A program made the translations under genes and the position numbers. The notes below the pieces were generated by a model. The model saw only the letters and a list, made by a program, of their open reading frames with translations. It was not told where the DNA came from and did not search any database. From Escherichia coli (GTDB lineage Bacteria; Pseudomonadota; Gammaproteobacteria; Enterobacterales; Enterobacteriaceae), in the NCBI RefSeq assembly GCF_050320075.1, contig NZ_CP190018.1: DNA of 64,000 nucleotides; one strand, 5' to 3'. Below, piece after piece: positions 42,524-55,141 of the stretch (position 1 is its first letter; the number at the start of each line of letters is the position of its first letter).

Positions 42524-43391
42524 ACATCCGGCAATAGATTTATTAGGCATCACCATTGTGGCGGGTAATCAGACGCTTGATAAAACATTAATTAATGGCC
42601 TGAATGTTTGCCAGAAACTGGAGATTAATGTTCCGGTTTATGCGGGGATGCCACAGCCCATTATGCGTCAACAAATCGTTGCCGATAATATTCACGGTGA
42701 AACCGGACTGGATGGCCCGGTATTCGAGCCGCTGACCCGCCAGGCAGAAAGCACTCATGCGGTGAAATATATCATCGATACCCTGATGGCAAGCGATGGC
42801 GATATCACTCTGGTGCCGGTTGGTCCGCTTTCAAATATCGCGGTGGCAATGCGCATGCAGCCCGCAATCCTGCCGAAAATCCGTGAAATTGTGCTGATGG
42901 GCGGCGCTTACGGTACTGGCAACTTTACGCCATCCGCCGAGTTCAACATCTTTGCTGACCCGGAAGCCGCACGCGTGGTGTTCACCTCCGGCGTTCCGTT
43001 GGTGATGATGGGCCTCGATCTCACCAACCAGACCGTTTGCACCCCGGACGTGATTGCCCGGATGGAAAGGGCAGGCGGCCCTGCCGGAGAGCTGTTCAGC
43101 GACATCATGAACTTCACTCTCAAAACCCAGTTCGAAAACTATGGCCTGGCTGGCGGCCCGGTGCACGACGCCACCTGCATCGGTTATCTGATCAACCCTG
43201 ATGGCATTAAAACCCAGGATATGTACGTCGAAGTGGATGTTAACAGTGGCCCTTGCTATGGGCGTACCGTCTGCGACGAGCTGGGCGTTCTTGGCAAGCC
43301 AGCCAATACCAAAGTCGGCATCACTATTGATACCGACTGGTTCTGGGGCTTAGTCGAAGAGTGCGTGCGCGGCTACATCAAAACCCATTAA
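42524..43391 (+). pseudogene. rihB: rihB (pyrimidine-specific ribonucleoside hydrolase), 5'-truncated by IS1; lacks the N-terminal DxDxxxDD region
   Basis: Translation matches RihB from about residue 21 onward ([19 protein letters not shown]...); apparent TTG start of the six-frame ORF lies inside the IS1 end. Confidence 0.75.
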
Positions 43392-43490
43392 GTGTTGATA
43401 ACAAGCCGGGCCGGTATCGCAAGATGCAGGCCCGGCTATTTCTGATGGGCAGAAAGCCGTCGCCCAAAATGACATGAAGAGATAATAACT

Positions 43491-44741
43491 ATGGATGTCA
43501 TGAGAAGTGTTCTGGGAATGGTTGTATTGCTGGCAATTACGTTTTTGCTGTCAGTAAACAAGAAGAAGATCAGCCTGCGTACCGTTGGCGCGGCGTTAGT
43601 GTTACAGGTCGTGATTGGCGGCATTATGCTTTGGTTACCACCAGGGCGTTGGGTCGCAGAAAAAGTCGCTTTTGGCGTGCATAAAGTGATGGCGTACAGC
43701 GATGCAGGTAGCGCATTTATCTTTGGTTCTCTGGTCGGACCGAAAATGGATACCTTATTTGATGGCGCAGGATTTATCTTTGGTTTCAGGGTATTACCGG
43801 CAATTATCTTCGTTACAGCACTGGTGAGTATTCTCTACTACATCGGTGTGATGGGGATCTTAATTCGCATTCTCGGCGGTATCTTCCAGAAAGCATTAAA
43901 TATCAGCAAGATCGAGTCATTCGTCGCGGTCACTACCATTTTCCTCGGGCAAAACGAAATTCCGGCAATCGTCAAACCCTTTATCGATCGGCTGAATCGC
44001 AATGAATTATTTACAGCGATTTGTAGTGGCATGGCCTCGATTGCTGGTTCGACAATGATTGGTTACGCTGCACTGGGCGTGCCTGTGGAATATCTGCTGG
44101 CGGCATCGTTAATGGCGATCCCCGGCGGGATCTTGTTTGCCCGCCTGTTAAGCCCGGCTACCGAATCTTCGCAGGTTTCCTTTAATAACCTCTCTTTCAC
44201 CGAAACTCCGCCAAAAAGCTTTATCGAAGCAGCGGCGAGCGGTGCGATGACCGGACTGAAAATCGCCGCAGGTGTGGCGACAGTGGTGATGGCATTTGTT
44301 GCAATAATTGCGTTGATTAACGGTATTATCGGCGGCGTTGGCGGCTGGTTTGGTTTTGAACATGCCTCGCTGGAGTCCATTTTAGGTTACCTGTTGGCTC
44401 CACTGGCGTGGGTGATGGGGGTTGACTGGAGTGATGCGAATCTTGCCGGGAGTTTGATTGGACAGAAACTGGCGATTAATGAATTTGTCGCTTACCTCAA
44501 TTTCTCACCTTATCTGCAAACAGCTGGCACTCTGGATGCTAAAACCGTGGCGATTATTTCCTTCGCGTTGTGCGGTTTCGCTAACTTTGGTTCTATCGGG
44601 GTGGTGGTGGGGGCGTTTTCTGCGGTTGCGCCACACCGTGCGCCGGAAATCGCCCAGCTTGGTTTACGCGCGCTGGCGGCGGCGACACTTTCTAACCTGA
44701 TGAGTGCCACCATTGCAGGATTCTTTATTGGCTTAGCGTAG
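43491..44741 (+). CDS. nupX: Concentrative nucleoside transporter NupX (CNT family), 416 aa
   Basis: Polytopic membrane protein with CNT-family motifs; synteny with rihB. Confidence 0.8.
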   Translation: MDVMRSVLGMVVLLAITFLLSVNKKKISLRTVGAALVLQVVIGGIMLWLPPGRWVAEKVAFGVHKVMAYSDAGSAFIFGSLVGPKMDTLFDGAGFIFGFRVLPAIIFVTALVSILYYIGVMGILIRILGGIFQKALNISKIESFVAVTTIFLGQNEIPAIVKPFIDRLNRNELFTAICSGMASIAGSTMIGYAALGVPVEYLLAASLMAIPGGILFARLLSPATESSQVSFNNLSFTETPPKSFIEAAASGAMTGLKIAAGVATVVMAFVAIIALINGIIGGVGGWFGFEHASLESILGYLLAPLAWVMGVDWSDANLAGSLIGQKLAINEFVAYLNFSPYLQTAGTLDAKTVAIISFALCGFANFGSIGVVVGAFSAVAPHRAPEIAQLGLRALAAATLSNLMSATIAGFFIGLA

Positions 44742-44796
44742 TGCGCGATTTATGAGCCGGATAAGACGCGGTCAAGCGTCGAATCCGGCAAGATTG

Positions 44797-45885
44797 TTAC
44801 ACCATCGGCACTAATGAAAGCGCGTTATCGGCAGACAGGGTAGGGTTGTTTAAGCTGCCGCTGGCGCGTGAAATTGCCGCGCAGGCCATCGCAAAACGGG
44901 CGCTGTCACGGAAATTGTTTCCTTCCAGAAAGCTATATACCAGGCCCGCCATAAAACCATCGTCAGCACCAAAACTGTCTACTGTCGTATGCGCTGGTGC
45001 GGTCAGCAAAAATTGTTCTCCATCCTTTTCGCTGCAATAAACTGACTCATCGGGCAAATAAACAAACAGTTGCTGAACGTCTTGCTGATGCAACGCATTC
45101 ACTGCGGTATTACGGTCAGCATCGCTGGTGATCGCCTGTCCCCATAAAATTTCCAGCTCCGGTAAAGTGGGTTTCAGGGTGTGAATATGCGCCAGCCAGT
45201 GTTTGATTTTGCCCGCTTTGAATTCTGAAACGGTATCGACAAACACCGGGATTTCATCAGCGAGGGTAAAGACCCACTCCAGCGCCTCGGCTGTCAGGTT
45301 GCAATCAGCCAGTACCACGCCCGCATGACGAAGTAAATCGCGCGACCCGTTCAGTAGTTGCGGTGTCAACTGTTCCAGCAGATGGGTATCGTTAATCGCC
45401 AGCACGGTTTGATCGTCTCGATTGGCAATTGCCAGATACGTCGATGTGCTTTGACCATGTAAACGAACGCAGCCGGAGACATTCACGCCGGCGCGGCGCG
45501 TTTCTTCCAGGAGCATTTCGCCATAAAAGTCATCGCCAATCACTGAAAGCAAATGGACGTCGCGGCCTAACAGCGCCAGATTGTGGGCGATATTGCGTCC
45601 AACGCCGCCTGCCGAGCAATGAATTGTACCGGGATGAGAAGCCGCTTGCGGGTAACGGATATCCGCCATCCCGCGAATATCCATATTGATTGTCCCCACC
45701 ACTACGCAGTATTCCTGCTCGGTGAGAATGTAACCTTTGCCTTTAATCCGACCTTTGCGCATTAAATCCATAATATGCGCCGCAACGCGCGAACGGCTGA
45801 TTTGCAGCATATCAGCAATTTCGTTCTGCTGAATCAGCGGGTTACGCCGTAAAATTGCAAGGATCTCCTTCTCCCGGTTGTTCAT
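44797..45885 (-). CDS. yeiI: PfkB-family sugar/nucleoside kinase with N-terminal HTH, YeiI
   Basis: N-terminal winged-helix (MNNREKEILAILRRNPLIQQNEIADMLQISRSRV) fused to ribokinase-like domain. Confidence 0.7.
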   Translation of the reverse strand: MNNREKEILAILRRNPLIQQNEIADMLQISRSRVAAHIMDLMRKGRIKGKGYILTEQEYCVVVGTINMDIRGMADIRYPQAASHPGTIHCSAGGVGRNIAHNLALLGRDVHLLSVIGDDFYGEMLLEETRRAGVNVSGCVRLHGQSTSTYLAIANRDDQTVLAINDTHLLEQLTPQLLNGSRDLLRHAGVVLADCNLTAEALEWVFTLADEIPVFVDTVSEFKAGKIKHWLAHIHTLKPTLPELEILWGQAITSDADRNTAVNALHQQDVQQLFVYLPDESVYCSEKDGEQFLLTAPAHTTVDSFGADDGFMAGLVYSFLEGNNFRDSARFAMACAAISRASGSLNNPTLSADNALSLVPMV

Positions 45886-45887
45886 CT

Positions 45888-46745
45888 TCAGGCTACCGCT
45901 TTTTCAGTTTGTTGCGCTTTCAGCCAGGCGATCTCTTCTGCCCAGATATCCGGGTTGATGGTTTCAAGGATCAGCGGAATGCCGTCGAAACGGTCGTCCT
46001 GCATGATCCAGCGGAACGCATCATGACCGATATTGCCTTCACCGAGGCTATGATGGCGGTCAACGCGGCTGCCAAAGGTGCTTTTCGCATCGTTAAGGTG
46101 CATCCCGCGCAGATACTTAAAGCCGACAATACGGGCAAAATCCGCGAACGTTTTCTCGCATTCGGCTGGAGTACGCAAATCATACCCGGCAGCAAAAGCA
46201 TGGCAGGTATCAATGCAGACGCCGACGCGGGATTTATCTTCCACGCCGTCGATAATCGCCGCGAGATGTTCGAATTTAAACCCTAAGTTACTGCCCTGAC
46301 CGGCGGTGTTTTCAATCACCGCTGTCACACCTTGAGTTTTATCCAGCGCAATGTTGATGGATTCGGCAATACGCGCAAGGCAATCCTCTTCTGAAATCTG
46401 CATCAGATGGCTGCCAGGGTGGAAGTTGAGCAAAGAAAGCCCCAGCTGTTCGCAACGCTGCATTTCATCTATAAACGCATCGCGCGATTTTTCCAGAGCT
46501 TCAGCGACCGGATGTCCGAGGTTAATCAGATAACTGTCGTGGGGAAGAATTTGCGCCGATGTGTAGTGATATTTTTCACAGGCGGCTTTGAATTCATCGA
46601 TGGTTTGCGTCGTGAGCGGTGCGGCACGCCACTGACGTTGGTTTTTGGTGAACAAGGCAAACGCGGTTGCGTCGATTTCGGCGGCGCGAATTGCGGCATT
46701 TGCCAGACCGCCAGCAGCACTAACGTGCGCTCCAATGTATTTCAT
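45888..46745 (-). CDS. nfo: Endonuclease IV (AP endonuclease), 285 aa
   Basis: [39 protein letters not shown]... TIM-barrel AP endonuclease. Confidence 0.9.
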   Translation of the reverse strand: MKYIGAHVSAAGGLANAAIRAAEIDATAFALFTKNQRQWRAAPLTTQTIDEFKAACEKYHYTSAQILPHDSYLINLGHPVAEALEKSRDAFIDEMQRCEQLGLSLLNFHPGSHLMQISEEDCLARIAESINIALDKTQGVTAVIENTAGQGSNLGFKFEHLAAIIDGVEDKSRVGVCIDTCHAFAAGYDLRTPAECEKTFADFARIVGFKYLRGMHLNDAKSTFGSRVDRHHSLGEGNIGHDAFRWIMQDDRFDGIPLILETINPDIWAEEIAWLKAQQTEKAVA

Positions 46746-46818
46746 GCGAGGACTCCTGTTAAACCCGCTGGAGGAAAACGGTAATGATAGCGGGTTAACA
46801 GGAGCAAGATGTAGTGGT

Positions 46819-47868
46819 TTATGCGATGACGCTTTGAATCACATAGTTAATCGCACCACCACCAACAATCAGCCAGGCAAACAGTACCAGTGCCATCAGC
46901 AGAGGTTTCGCCCCGGCTTTTTTCAGCGCGCTGACGTGAGTGGTCAGACCCAGCGCCGCCATCGCCATTGCCAGCAGGAAGGTATCCAGCGTTACCAGCA
47001 TGTTCACCACGCTCTGCGGTAACAGGTGGAACGAGTTAAAGATGGCAACTACGATGAACAAGATGGCAAACCACGGAATAGTGATTTTGCTTTTCTCGCC
47101 GCTGTTCGCCCCAGACAGCTGTTTAACACGCGCCGCCAGCAGGATGAGGAACGGAGCCAGCATCATCACGCGCAGCATTTTGGAAATAACTGCTGCGTTT
47201 TCTGCATCCGGGCTGATGGCATGACCTGCCGCCACCACCTGCGCCACTTCGTGCACAGTAGAACCAATGTAGATACCGAAAGTTTCCGGACTAAACCATT
47301 GAGACATCAGCGGATATATCGCCGGGTAGAGGAAAATCGCGACGGTCCCGAAGATAACAACGGTCGCAACAGCCACGGTTACTTTACTGGCTTCCGCTTT
47401 CACTACCGGCTCAGTCGCCAGTACCGCGGCAGCACCACAAATACTGCTACCGGCACCGATCAACCAGCTGGTGTGCTTATCCAGACCAAACACTTTCTGC
47501 CCCAGGAAGCAAGCCAGCAGGAAGGTACTGGACAGCGTCAGCACGTCAATGATGATCCCACTGATACCGACATCGGCAATTTGCGAGAACGTCAGACGGA
47601 AGCCATAAAGAATGATACCCAGACGTAATAAATATTGCTTGGCAAACAGCACACCACCGTCACAGCTTTTCCAGATGTGCGGATAGATGGTGTTGCCTAA
47701 AACCATCCCCAACAAAATTGCGAGGGTGAGGGCACTAAACCCGGCACCCGCAACCGCGGGAATGGAACCACCCCACAGGGCGACCCCGGTGATAACTGCA
47801 CTCAGGGCTAACCCCGGAATAAAATGCCACAGTGTACGATGTTGTTTCTGTAAGGTGATATTCGTCAT
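46819..47868 (-). CDS. yeiH: UPF0324 inner membrane protein YeiH
   Basis: Polytopic membrane protein; divergent from LysR regulator yeiE. Confidence 0.7.
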   Translation of the reverse strand: MTNITLQKQHRTLWHFIPGLALSAVITGVALWGGSIPAVAGAGFSALTLAILLGMVLGNTIYPHIWKSCDGGVLFAKQYLLRLGIILYGFRLTFSQIADVGISGIIIDVLTLSSTFLLACFLGQKVFGLDKHTSWLIGAGSSICGAAAVLATEPVVKAEASKVTVAVATVVIFGTVAIFLYPAIYPLMSQWFSPETFGIYIGSTVHEVAQVVAAGHAISPDAENAAVISKMLRVMMLAPFLILLAARVKQLSGANSGEKSKITIPWFAILFIVVAIFNSFHLLPQSVVNMLVTLDTFLLAMAMAALGLTTHVSALKKAGAKPLLMALVLFAWLIVGGGAINYVIQSVIA

Positions 47869-47966
47869 AACCCTCTCCTTTAACCGGGCATAAGGTTACG
47901 ACTAACTGGTTTAAAAATAAAATTGATTATATATTTATAATTAATCTTTATAAGTGGTAAGCGACT

Positions 47967-48848
47967 ATGCACATCACCCTCCGGCAGTTGGAAGTTTTTG
48001 CAGAAGTATTGAAAAGTGGATCAACCACCCAGGCGTCGGTGATGCTGGCGTTGTCGCAATCAGCAGTGAGCGCAGCCTTGACCGACCTGGAAGGGCAGCT
48101 TGGCGTTCAACTGTTTGATCGCGTGGGGAAAAGACTGGTAGTTAATGAACACGGGCGACTGCTCTATCCGCGCGCGTTGGCACTGCTTGAACAGGCGATC
48201 GAAATCGAACAACTGTTTCGCGAAGACAACGGTGCGATTCGTATCTATGCCAGTAGTACCATCGGTAACTACATTCTGCCTGCAGTTATCGCCCGTTATC
48301 GCCATGATTATCCGCAGTTGCCGATTGAACTTAGCGTTGGGAACAGCCAGGACGTGATGCAAGCGGTGCTGGATTTCCGCGTTGATATTGGCTTTATTGA
48401 AGGACCGTGCCACAGCACTGAAATCATCTCAGAACCGTGGCTGGAAGACGAGCTGGTGGTTTTCGCCGCGCCGACTTCACCATTGGCTCGTGGACCTGTC
48501 ACCTTAGAACAGCTGGCCGCTGCGCCGTGGATCCTGCGTGAACGCGGCTCCGGCACGCGGGAGATTGTCGATTATCTGTTGCTGTCACATTTACCGAAGT
48601 TTGAGATGGCGATGGAATTAGGTAACTCCGAGGCAATCAAACATGCGGTGCGTCATGGGTTGGGAATTAGTTGCCTGTCGCGGCGGGTGATTGAAGATCA
48701 ATTGCAGGCAGGCACATTAAGTGAAGTTGCGGTCCCTCTGCCGCGCCTGATGCGTACGTTGTGGCGTATACATCATCGGCAAAAACACCTTTCCAACGCG
48801 CTACGGCGCTTTCTGGACTATTGCGATCCCGCGAATGTACCGCGTTAA
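47967..48848 (+). CDS. yeiE: LysR-type transcriptional regulator YeiE
   Basis: N-terminal HTH ([40 protein letters not shown]) and LysR substrate-binding domain. Confidence 0.7.
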   Translation: MHITLRQLEVFAEVLKSGSTTQASVMLALSQSAVSAALTDLEGQLGVQLFDRVGKRLVVNEHGRLLYPRALALLEQAIEIEQLFREDNGAIRIYASSTIGNYILPAVIARYRHDYPQLPIELSVGNSQDVMQAVLDFRVDIGFIEGPCHSTEIISEPWLEDELVVFAAPTSPLARGPVTLEQLAAAPWILRERGSGTREIVDYLLLSHLPKFEMAMELGNSEAIKHAVRHGLGISCLSRRVIEDQLQAGTLSEVAVPLPRLMRTLWRIHHRQKHLSNALRRFLDYCDPANVPR

Positions 48849-49052
48849 GTTGCTGTACAAGAACATGCTGGTGCTGTGTCGATTTCGTGACGCAGCGCCC
48901 TCAGCATGCATTCGCCAGAAAAGAGATTGGCTGCTTTACTTATAATCCCTGGGCGATCATGAAGGTGTCTTATAACCGTGTATTTCTGCCGGAAGGATTG
49001 CCAATCGTCTGCTACAATCGCGCCTCATTTTTAAGATGGATAGCATTTTTGT

Positions 49053-50522
49053 ATGGGTTCCGAAACTAAAACTACAGAAGCGCCGGGCTTACGCCGTGAA
49101 TTAAAGGCGCGTCACCTGACGATGATTGCCATTGGCGGTTCCATCGGTACAGGTCTTTTTGTTGCCTCTGGCGCAACGATTTCTCAGGCAGGTCCGGGCG
49201 GGGCATTGCTCTCGTATATGTTGATTGGCCTGATGGTTTACTTCCTGATGACCAGTCTCGGTGAACTGGCTGCATATATGCCGGTTTCCGGTTCGTTTGC
49301 CACTTATGGTCAGAACTATGTTGAAGAAGGCTTTGGCTTCGCGCTGGGCTGGAACTACTGGTACAACTGGGCGGTGACTATCGCCGTTGACCTGGTTGCA
49401 GCTCAGCTGGTCATGAGCTGGTGGTTCCCGGATACACCGGGCTGGATCTGGAGTGCGCTGTTCCTCGGCGTTATCTTCCTGCTGAACTACATCTCAGTTC
49501 GCGGCTTTGGTGAAGCGGAATACTGGTTCTCACTGATCAAAGTCACGACAGTTATTGTCTTTATCATCGTTGGCGTGCTGATGATTATCGGTATCTTCAA
49601 AGGCGCGCAACCTGCGGGCTGGAGCAACTGGACAATCGGCGAAGCGCCGTTTGCTGGTGGTTTTGCGGCGATGATCGGCGTAGCTATGATTGTCGGCTTC
49701 TCTTTCCAGGGAACCGAGCTGATCGGTATTGCTGCAGGCGAGTCCGAAGATCCGGCGAAAAACATTCCACGCGCGGTACGTCAGGTGTTCTGGCGAATCC
49801 TGTTGTTCTATGTGTTCGCGATCCTGATTATCAGCCTGATTATTCCGTACACCGATCCGAGCCTGCTGCGTAACGATGTTAAAGACATCAGCGTCAGTCC
49901 GTTCACCCTGGTATTCCAGCACGCGGGTCTGCTCTCTGCGGCGGCGGTGATGAACGCAGTTATTCTGACGGCGGTGCTGTCAGCGGGTAACTCCGGTATG
50001 TATGCGTCTACTCGTATGCTGTACACCTTGGCGTGTGACGGTAAAGCGCCGCGCATTTTCGCTAAACTGTCGCGTGGTGGCGTGCCGCGTAATGCGCTGT
50101 ATGCGACGACGGTGATTGCCGGTCTGTGCTTCCTGACCTCCATGTTTGGCAACCAGACGGTATACCTGTGGCTGCTGAACACCTCCGGGATGACCGGTTT
50201 TATCGCCTGGCTGGGGATTGCCATTAGCCACTATCGCTTCCGTCGCGGTTACGTATTGCAGGGACACGACATTAACGATCTGCCGTACCGTTCAGGTTTC
50301 TTCCCATTGGGGCCGATCTTCGCATTCATTCTGTGTCTGATTATCACTTTGGGCCAGAACTACGAAGCGTTCCTTAAAGATACCATTGACTGGGGCGGCG
50401 TAGCGGCAACGTATATTGGTATCCCGCTGTTCCTGATTATTTGGTTCGGCTACAAGCTGATTAAAGGAACTCACTTCGTACGTTACAGCGAAATGAAGTT
50501 CCCGCAGAACGATAAGAAATAA
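49053..50522 (+). CDS. lysP: Lysine-specific permease LysP (APC family), 489 aa
   Basis: 12-TM amino acid permease beginning MGSETKTTEAPGLRRELKARHLTMIAIGGSIGTGLF. Confidence 0.9.
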   Translation: MGSETKTTEAPGLRRELKARHLTMIAIGGSIGTGLFVASGATISQAGPGGALLSYMLIGLMVYFLMTSLGELAAYMPVSGSFATYGQNYVEEGFGFALGWNYWYNWAVTIAVDLVAAQLVMSWWFPDTPGWIWSALFLGVIFLLNYISVRGFGEAEYWFSLIKVTTVIVFIIVGVLMIIGIFKGAQPAGWSNWTIGEAPFAGGFAAMIGVAMIVGFSFQGTELIGIAAGESEDPAKNIPRAVRQVFWRILLFYVFAILIISLIIPYTDPSLLRNDVKDISVSPFTLVFQHAGLLSAAAVMNAVILTAVLSAGNSGMYASTRMLYTLACDGKAPRIFAKLSRGGVPRNALYATTVIAGLCFLTSMFGNQTVYLWLLNTSGMTGFIAWLGIAISHYRFRRGYVLQGHDINDLPYRSGFFPLGPIFAFILCLIITLGQNYEAFLKDTIDWGGVAATYIGIPLFLIIWFGYKLIKGTHFVRYSEMKFPQNDKK

Positions 50523-50542
50523 GTTTCCTCCCTTCCTTGCTA

Positions 50543-50570
50543 AGCCCTCTCAACCGAGAGGGCTTTTTCA
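50543..50570 (+). terminator. lysP intrinsic terminator (AGCCCTCTC-AACC-GAGAGGGCT plus T5)
   Basis: Read directly downstream of lysP stop. Confidence 0.6.
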
Positions 50571-50611
50571 ATTCCATTTCCCTGACAAATCATGCGGATA
50601 TAAAATTTAAC

Positions 50612-50648
50612 ATTTGGATTGATAATTGTTATCGTTTGCATTATCGTT
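50612..50648 (+). promoter_or_regulatory. Putative Fur box(es) upstream of cirA
   Basis: TGGATTGATAATTGTTATCGTTTGCATTATCGTT resembles GATAAT-type Fur consensus; cirA is a known Fur-regulated gene. Confidence 0.45.
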
Positions 50649-50814
50649 ACGCCGCAATCAAAAAAGGCTGACAAATCAGAGGCTGTTCCGGCTTTCTGGG
50701 ATGATCACCTGCATACAAATAAGTCCACCGCGATGCTGCCGTACGCAAGGGGACATGAAGAAGATGTGAGCGATAACCCATTTTATTTTCGTAGTTACCT
50801 CATGGAGATATGGA

Positions 50815-52167
50815 ATGTTTAGGTTGAACCCTTTCGTACGGGTCGGGCTGTGTTTGTCCGCTATTTCTTGTGCATGGCCTGTGTTAGCGGTCGATGATGA
50901 TGGCGAAACGATGGTTGTCACTGCATCTTCCGTTGAGCAAAACCTTAAAGATGCACCCGCCAGTATCAGCGTCATTACCCAGGAAGACCTGCAGCGAAAA
51001 CCGGTACAGAATCTGAAGGATGTCCTCAAAGAAGTGCCTGGCGTACAACTGACGAACGAAGGGGATAACCGTAAGGGCGTTAGTATTCGTGGTCTGGGCA
51101 GCAGCTACACCCTGATTCTCGTCGACGGTAAACGCGTTAACTCCCGCAATGCCGTCTTCCGCCACAATGATTTCGATCTGAACTGGATCCCGGTCGATTC
51201 CATCGAACGTATTGAAGTGGTCCGTGGCCCGATGTCGTCGCTGTACGGTTCCGATGCGCTCGGCGGTGTAGTGAATATCATCACCAAAAAAATCGGTCAG
51301 AAATGGTCGGGTACCGTTACCGTCGATACCACCATTCAGGAACATCGCGATCGCGGTGATACCTATAACGGTCAGTTCTTTACCAGCGGACCATTAATTG
51401 ACGGCGTGCTGGGAATGAAAGCTTACGGCAGCCTGGCAAAACGTGAAAAGGATGACCCGCAAAACTCAACGACCACCGATACCGGAGAAACGCCGCGTAT
51501 TGAAGGATTCTCCAGCCGCGACGGCAATGTGGAATTTGCCTGGACACCGAATCAAAATCACGATTTTACTGCCGGATACGGTTTCGACCGTCAGGATCGT
51601 GATTCCGACTCGCTGGACAAAAACCGCCTGGAACGCCAGAACTACTCCGTCAGCCATAATGGGCGTTGGGATTACGGCACCAGCGAACTGAAATACTACG
51701 GTGAGAAAGTCGAGAACAAAAACCCTGGCAACAGCAGCCCGATAACTTCCGAAAGCAATACGGTCGACGGCAAATACACGTTGCCGCTGACGGCGATTAA
51801 TCAGTTTCTCACGGTTGGCGGTGAATGGCGTCACGACAAACTTAGCGATGCGGTGAACCTGACCGGGGGAACCAGTTCCAAAACGTCTGCCAGCCAGTAC
51901 GCGCTGTTTGTGGAAGATGAATGGCGGATCTTCGAGCCGCTGGCGCTGACGACCGGCGTACGTATGGACGATCATGAAACCTACGGTGAACACTGGAGTC
52001 CGCGTGCCTACCTGGTTTATAACGCCACCGACACCGTAACGGTGAAAGGGGGCTGGGCGACGGCATTTAAAGCACCTTCTCTGTTGCAACTTAGCCCTGA
52101 CTGGACGAGCAATTCCTGCCGTGGCGCATGTAAGATTGTGGGTAGCCCGGATCTGAAACCAGAAACC
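50815..52167 (+). pseudogene. cirA: cirA 5' segment (catecholate siderophore / colicin I receptor), interrupted by IS150
   Basis: TonB-dependent receptor with signal peptide and plug domain; frame continues across the IS with 3-bp duplication. Confidence 0.85.
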
Positions 52168-52193
52168 TGTACTGACCCCAAAAAGTTGGACAG

Positions 52194-53045
52194 TTAAACA
52201 CGAGGCATATAGGTCTGATTCCGATATTCAATTGGAGTCAGACCTTTTAATTTCAGGCTAATTCTTCTGCTGTTGTAGTATTCAATATATTCCGTAACAG
52301 CATCCTTCAGTTCGCTTATATTACTGAACTCATCAAGATAAAAACACTCCGACTTTAAGGTTCCAAAGAAACACTCCACCACAGCATTATCCAGACAATT
52401 GCCTTTTCTGGACATGCTTTGTTTAATACCATGTTCTTTAAGGATATTTTGATATCTTCTCATACGATACTGCCATCCCTGGTCAGAGTGCAGAACAGGA
52501 TGCTCGTGAGGATTAAGCTTTTTGAATGCCTGATCGAGCATATTCTCAACCATGTTCATCACTGGTCTTTCCGAAAGGCTGTAAGAAATAACTTCGTTGT
52601 TGAAGAGATCTATTACTGGAGACAAATACAGCTTGCGCCCATTGACTACAAATTCAGTAACATCGGTAACCCACTTCTCGTTTGGCCGCGTAGCCTTGAA
52701 ATCTCTTTGGAGAACATTAGGGGCGGTTTGCCCTACCTCTCCTCTGTAAGAGCGGTATCGCTTGACCTTAATCGCTGCTTTAAGTGAGAGGGTTCCCATC
52801 AGGCGCTGAACAGCTTTATGGTTAATCTGTTTCCCTTCTCGATGAAGAGACAGCGTTACCCTACGGTATCCGTATCGGCCTCTATTCTCGTGATAAATCT
52901 CACCAATACGCTTTTTAACGTCCGCATACTTGTCAGGCTTGCTGAGAGCCTTTAGATGGTAATAAAACGTACTGCGCGGTATCTCCGCAGCCCTGAGAAG
53001 CTCATCAAGAGGATAAAACTGCCTTAGCTCGTTGAGTACTTTTAC
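52194..53045 (-). CDS. insK: IS150 orfB (InsK, DDE transposase domain; fused to orfA by -1 frameshift)
   Basis: Integrase-core motifs (HSDQGWQY...); upstream boundary approximated at the orfA/orfB overlap. Confidence 0.75.
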   Translation of the reverse strand, partial: VKVLNELRQFYPLDELLRAAEIPRSTFYYHLKALSKPDKYADVKKRIGEIYHENRGRYGYRRVTLSLHREGKQINHKAVQRLMGTLSLKAAIKVKRYRSYRGEVGQTAPNVLQRDFKATRPNEKWVTDVTEFVVNGRKLYLSPVIDLFNNEVISYSLSERPVMNMVENMLDQAFKKLNPHEHPVLHSDQGWQYRMRRYQNILKEHGIKQSMSRKGNCLDNAVVECFFGTLKSECFYLDEFSNISELKDAVTEYIEYYNSRRISLKLKGLTPIEYRNQTYMPRV

Positions 53046-53563
53046 TTTTTCGTGGGATGAGCTAAGGCTTTCAGCTTTTTTAGATACATAAGCCGCGTTT
53101 CAAGAAATCGAACTTGCCTTTCAAGATCCTCAATGCGTCGGTCTTTTGACAGCTCCAATGCTGATGCCGCTTTTTCTGGATCAACTGATATTGCAATGTT
53201 TCTTTTGGTGCCAATCTTGAGCGCGCGTAAACCAGCTTCTCCGCGCTCTTCATAGACCTTCAGCCACCTGGCTACAGAACCACTACCAGCAAGCATAAAG
53301 TGAGCAGCAGCCTGATTAAGGGACATGTGCTGCTCGATCACAGCTTTCACGACCTTAATACGCAACTCTGGATCAGCACTAACGCCTTTAGGTTTGGGAA
53401 TTAAACCTTTTTCTCCATGTTTTTCATAGAGGGCAACCCATGTCCTGACCTGGGTTCGGGGGACACCAAAACGTGCCGAGATGATCCTGTAACCATCATC
53501 AGTTGTGAAGTAGTGATTCACGACTTCAAGGCGCTTTTCAAAAGGGTATTTTGGCTTTGACAT
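53042..53563 (-). CDS. insJ: IS150 orfA (InsJ, HTH protein), 173 aa
   Basis: MSKPKYPFEKRLEVVNHYFTTDDGYRIISARFGVPRTQVRTWVALYEKHG... matches IS150 InsJ as recalled. Confidence 0.9.
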   Translation of the reverse strand: MSKPKYPFEKRLEVVNHYFTTDDGYRIISARFGVPRTQVRTWVALYEKHGEKGLIPKPKGVSADPELRIKVVKAVIEQHMSLNQAAAHFMLAGSGSVARWLKVYEERGEAGLRALKIGTKRNIAISVDPEKAASALELSKDRRIEDLERQVRFLETRLMYLKKLKALAHPTKK

Positions 53564-53610
53564 ATTAGGGGCTATTCCATTTCATCGTCCAACAAAATGG
53601 GTGCAGTACA

Positions 53611-54240
53611 ACCAGCGAAAGTTGGGAACTGGGGCTTTACTACATGGGCGAAGACGGCTGGCTGGAAGGGGTAGAGTCCAGCGTTACCGTTTTCCGTAAC
53701 GATGTGAAAGATCGCATCAGCATCAGCCGTACGTCTGACGTCAATGCTGCACCGGGCTACCAAAACTTTGTTGGTTTTACAGCGAACGGTGTGCCGGTAT
53801 TTAGCTACTACAACGTTAACAAAGCTCGTATTCAGGGCGTGGAAACCGAACTGAAAATTCCGTTCAACGATGAATGGAAACTGTCGATCAACTACACCTA
53901 CAACGATGGTCGTGATGTCAGCAACGGCGAAAACAAACCGCTATCCGATCTGCCGTTCCATACTGCTAACGGTACGCTGGACTGGAAACCGCTGGCGCTG
54001 GAAGACTGGTCATTCTATGTTTCTGGTCACTATACCGGGCAGAAACGAGCCGACAGCGCGACGGCTAAAACACCGGGCGGTTATACCATCTGGAATACCG
54101 GCGCGGCCTGGCAGGTGACTAAAGACGTCAAACTGCGCGCAGGCGTGCTGAACCTTGGCGACAAGGATCTCAGTCGTGACGACTACAGCTATAACGAAGA
54201 CGGACGTCGTTACTTTATGGCAGTGGATTATCGCTTCTGA
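53611..54240 (+). pseudogene. cirA: cirA 3' segment (C-terminal beta-barrel, ends ...AVDYRF)
   Basis: In-frame continuation of the 5' segment after removal of IS150 plus one ACC copy; terminal aromatic residue typical of outer membrane barrels. Confidence 0.85.
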
Positions 54241-54271
54241 TGAGAAGATGCCCGGCGAACCGGGCGGACTT

Positions 54272-55141
<870 letters not shown>

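Larger units (their letters stand above)
52168..53610 (-). mobile_element. IS150 (IS3 family, 1443 bp) inserted in cirA with ACC target-site duplication
   Basis: Ends TGTACTGACCCCAAAAAGTTGGACAG ... GGGTGCAGTACA; flanking ACC at 52165-52167 and 53611-53613; InsJ/InsK frames. Confidence 0.9.

Noticed and set aside
42510-43391. 293-aa ORF presented as an intact gene
   Set aside because: Its apparent start is a TTG inside the IS1 terminal repeat; it is the 5'-truncated remnant of rihB, annotated as a pseudogene
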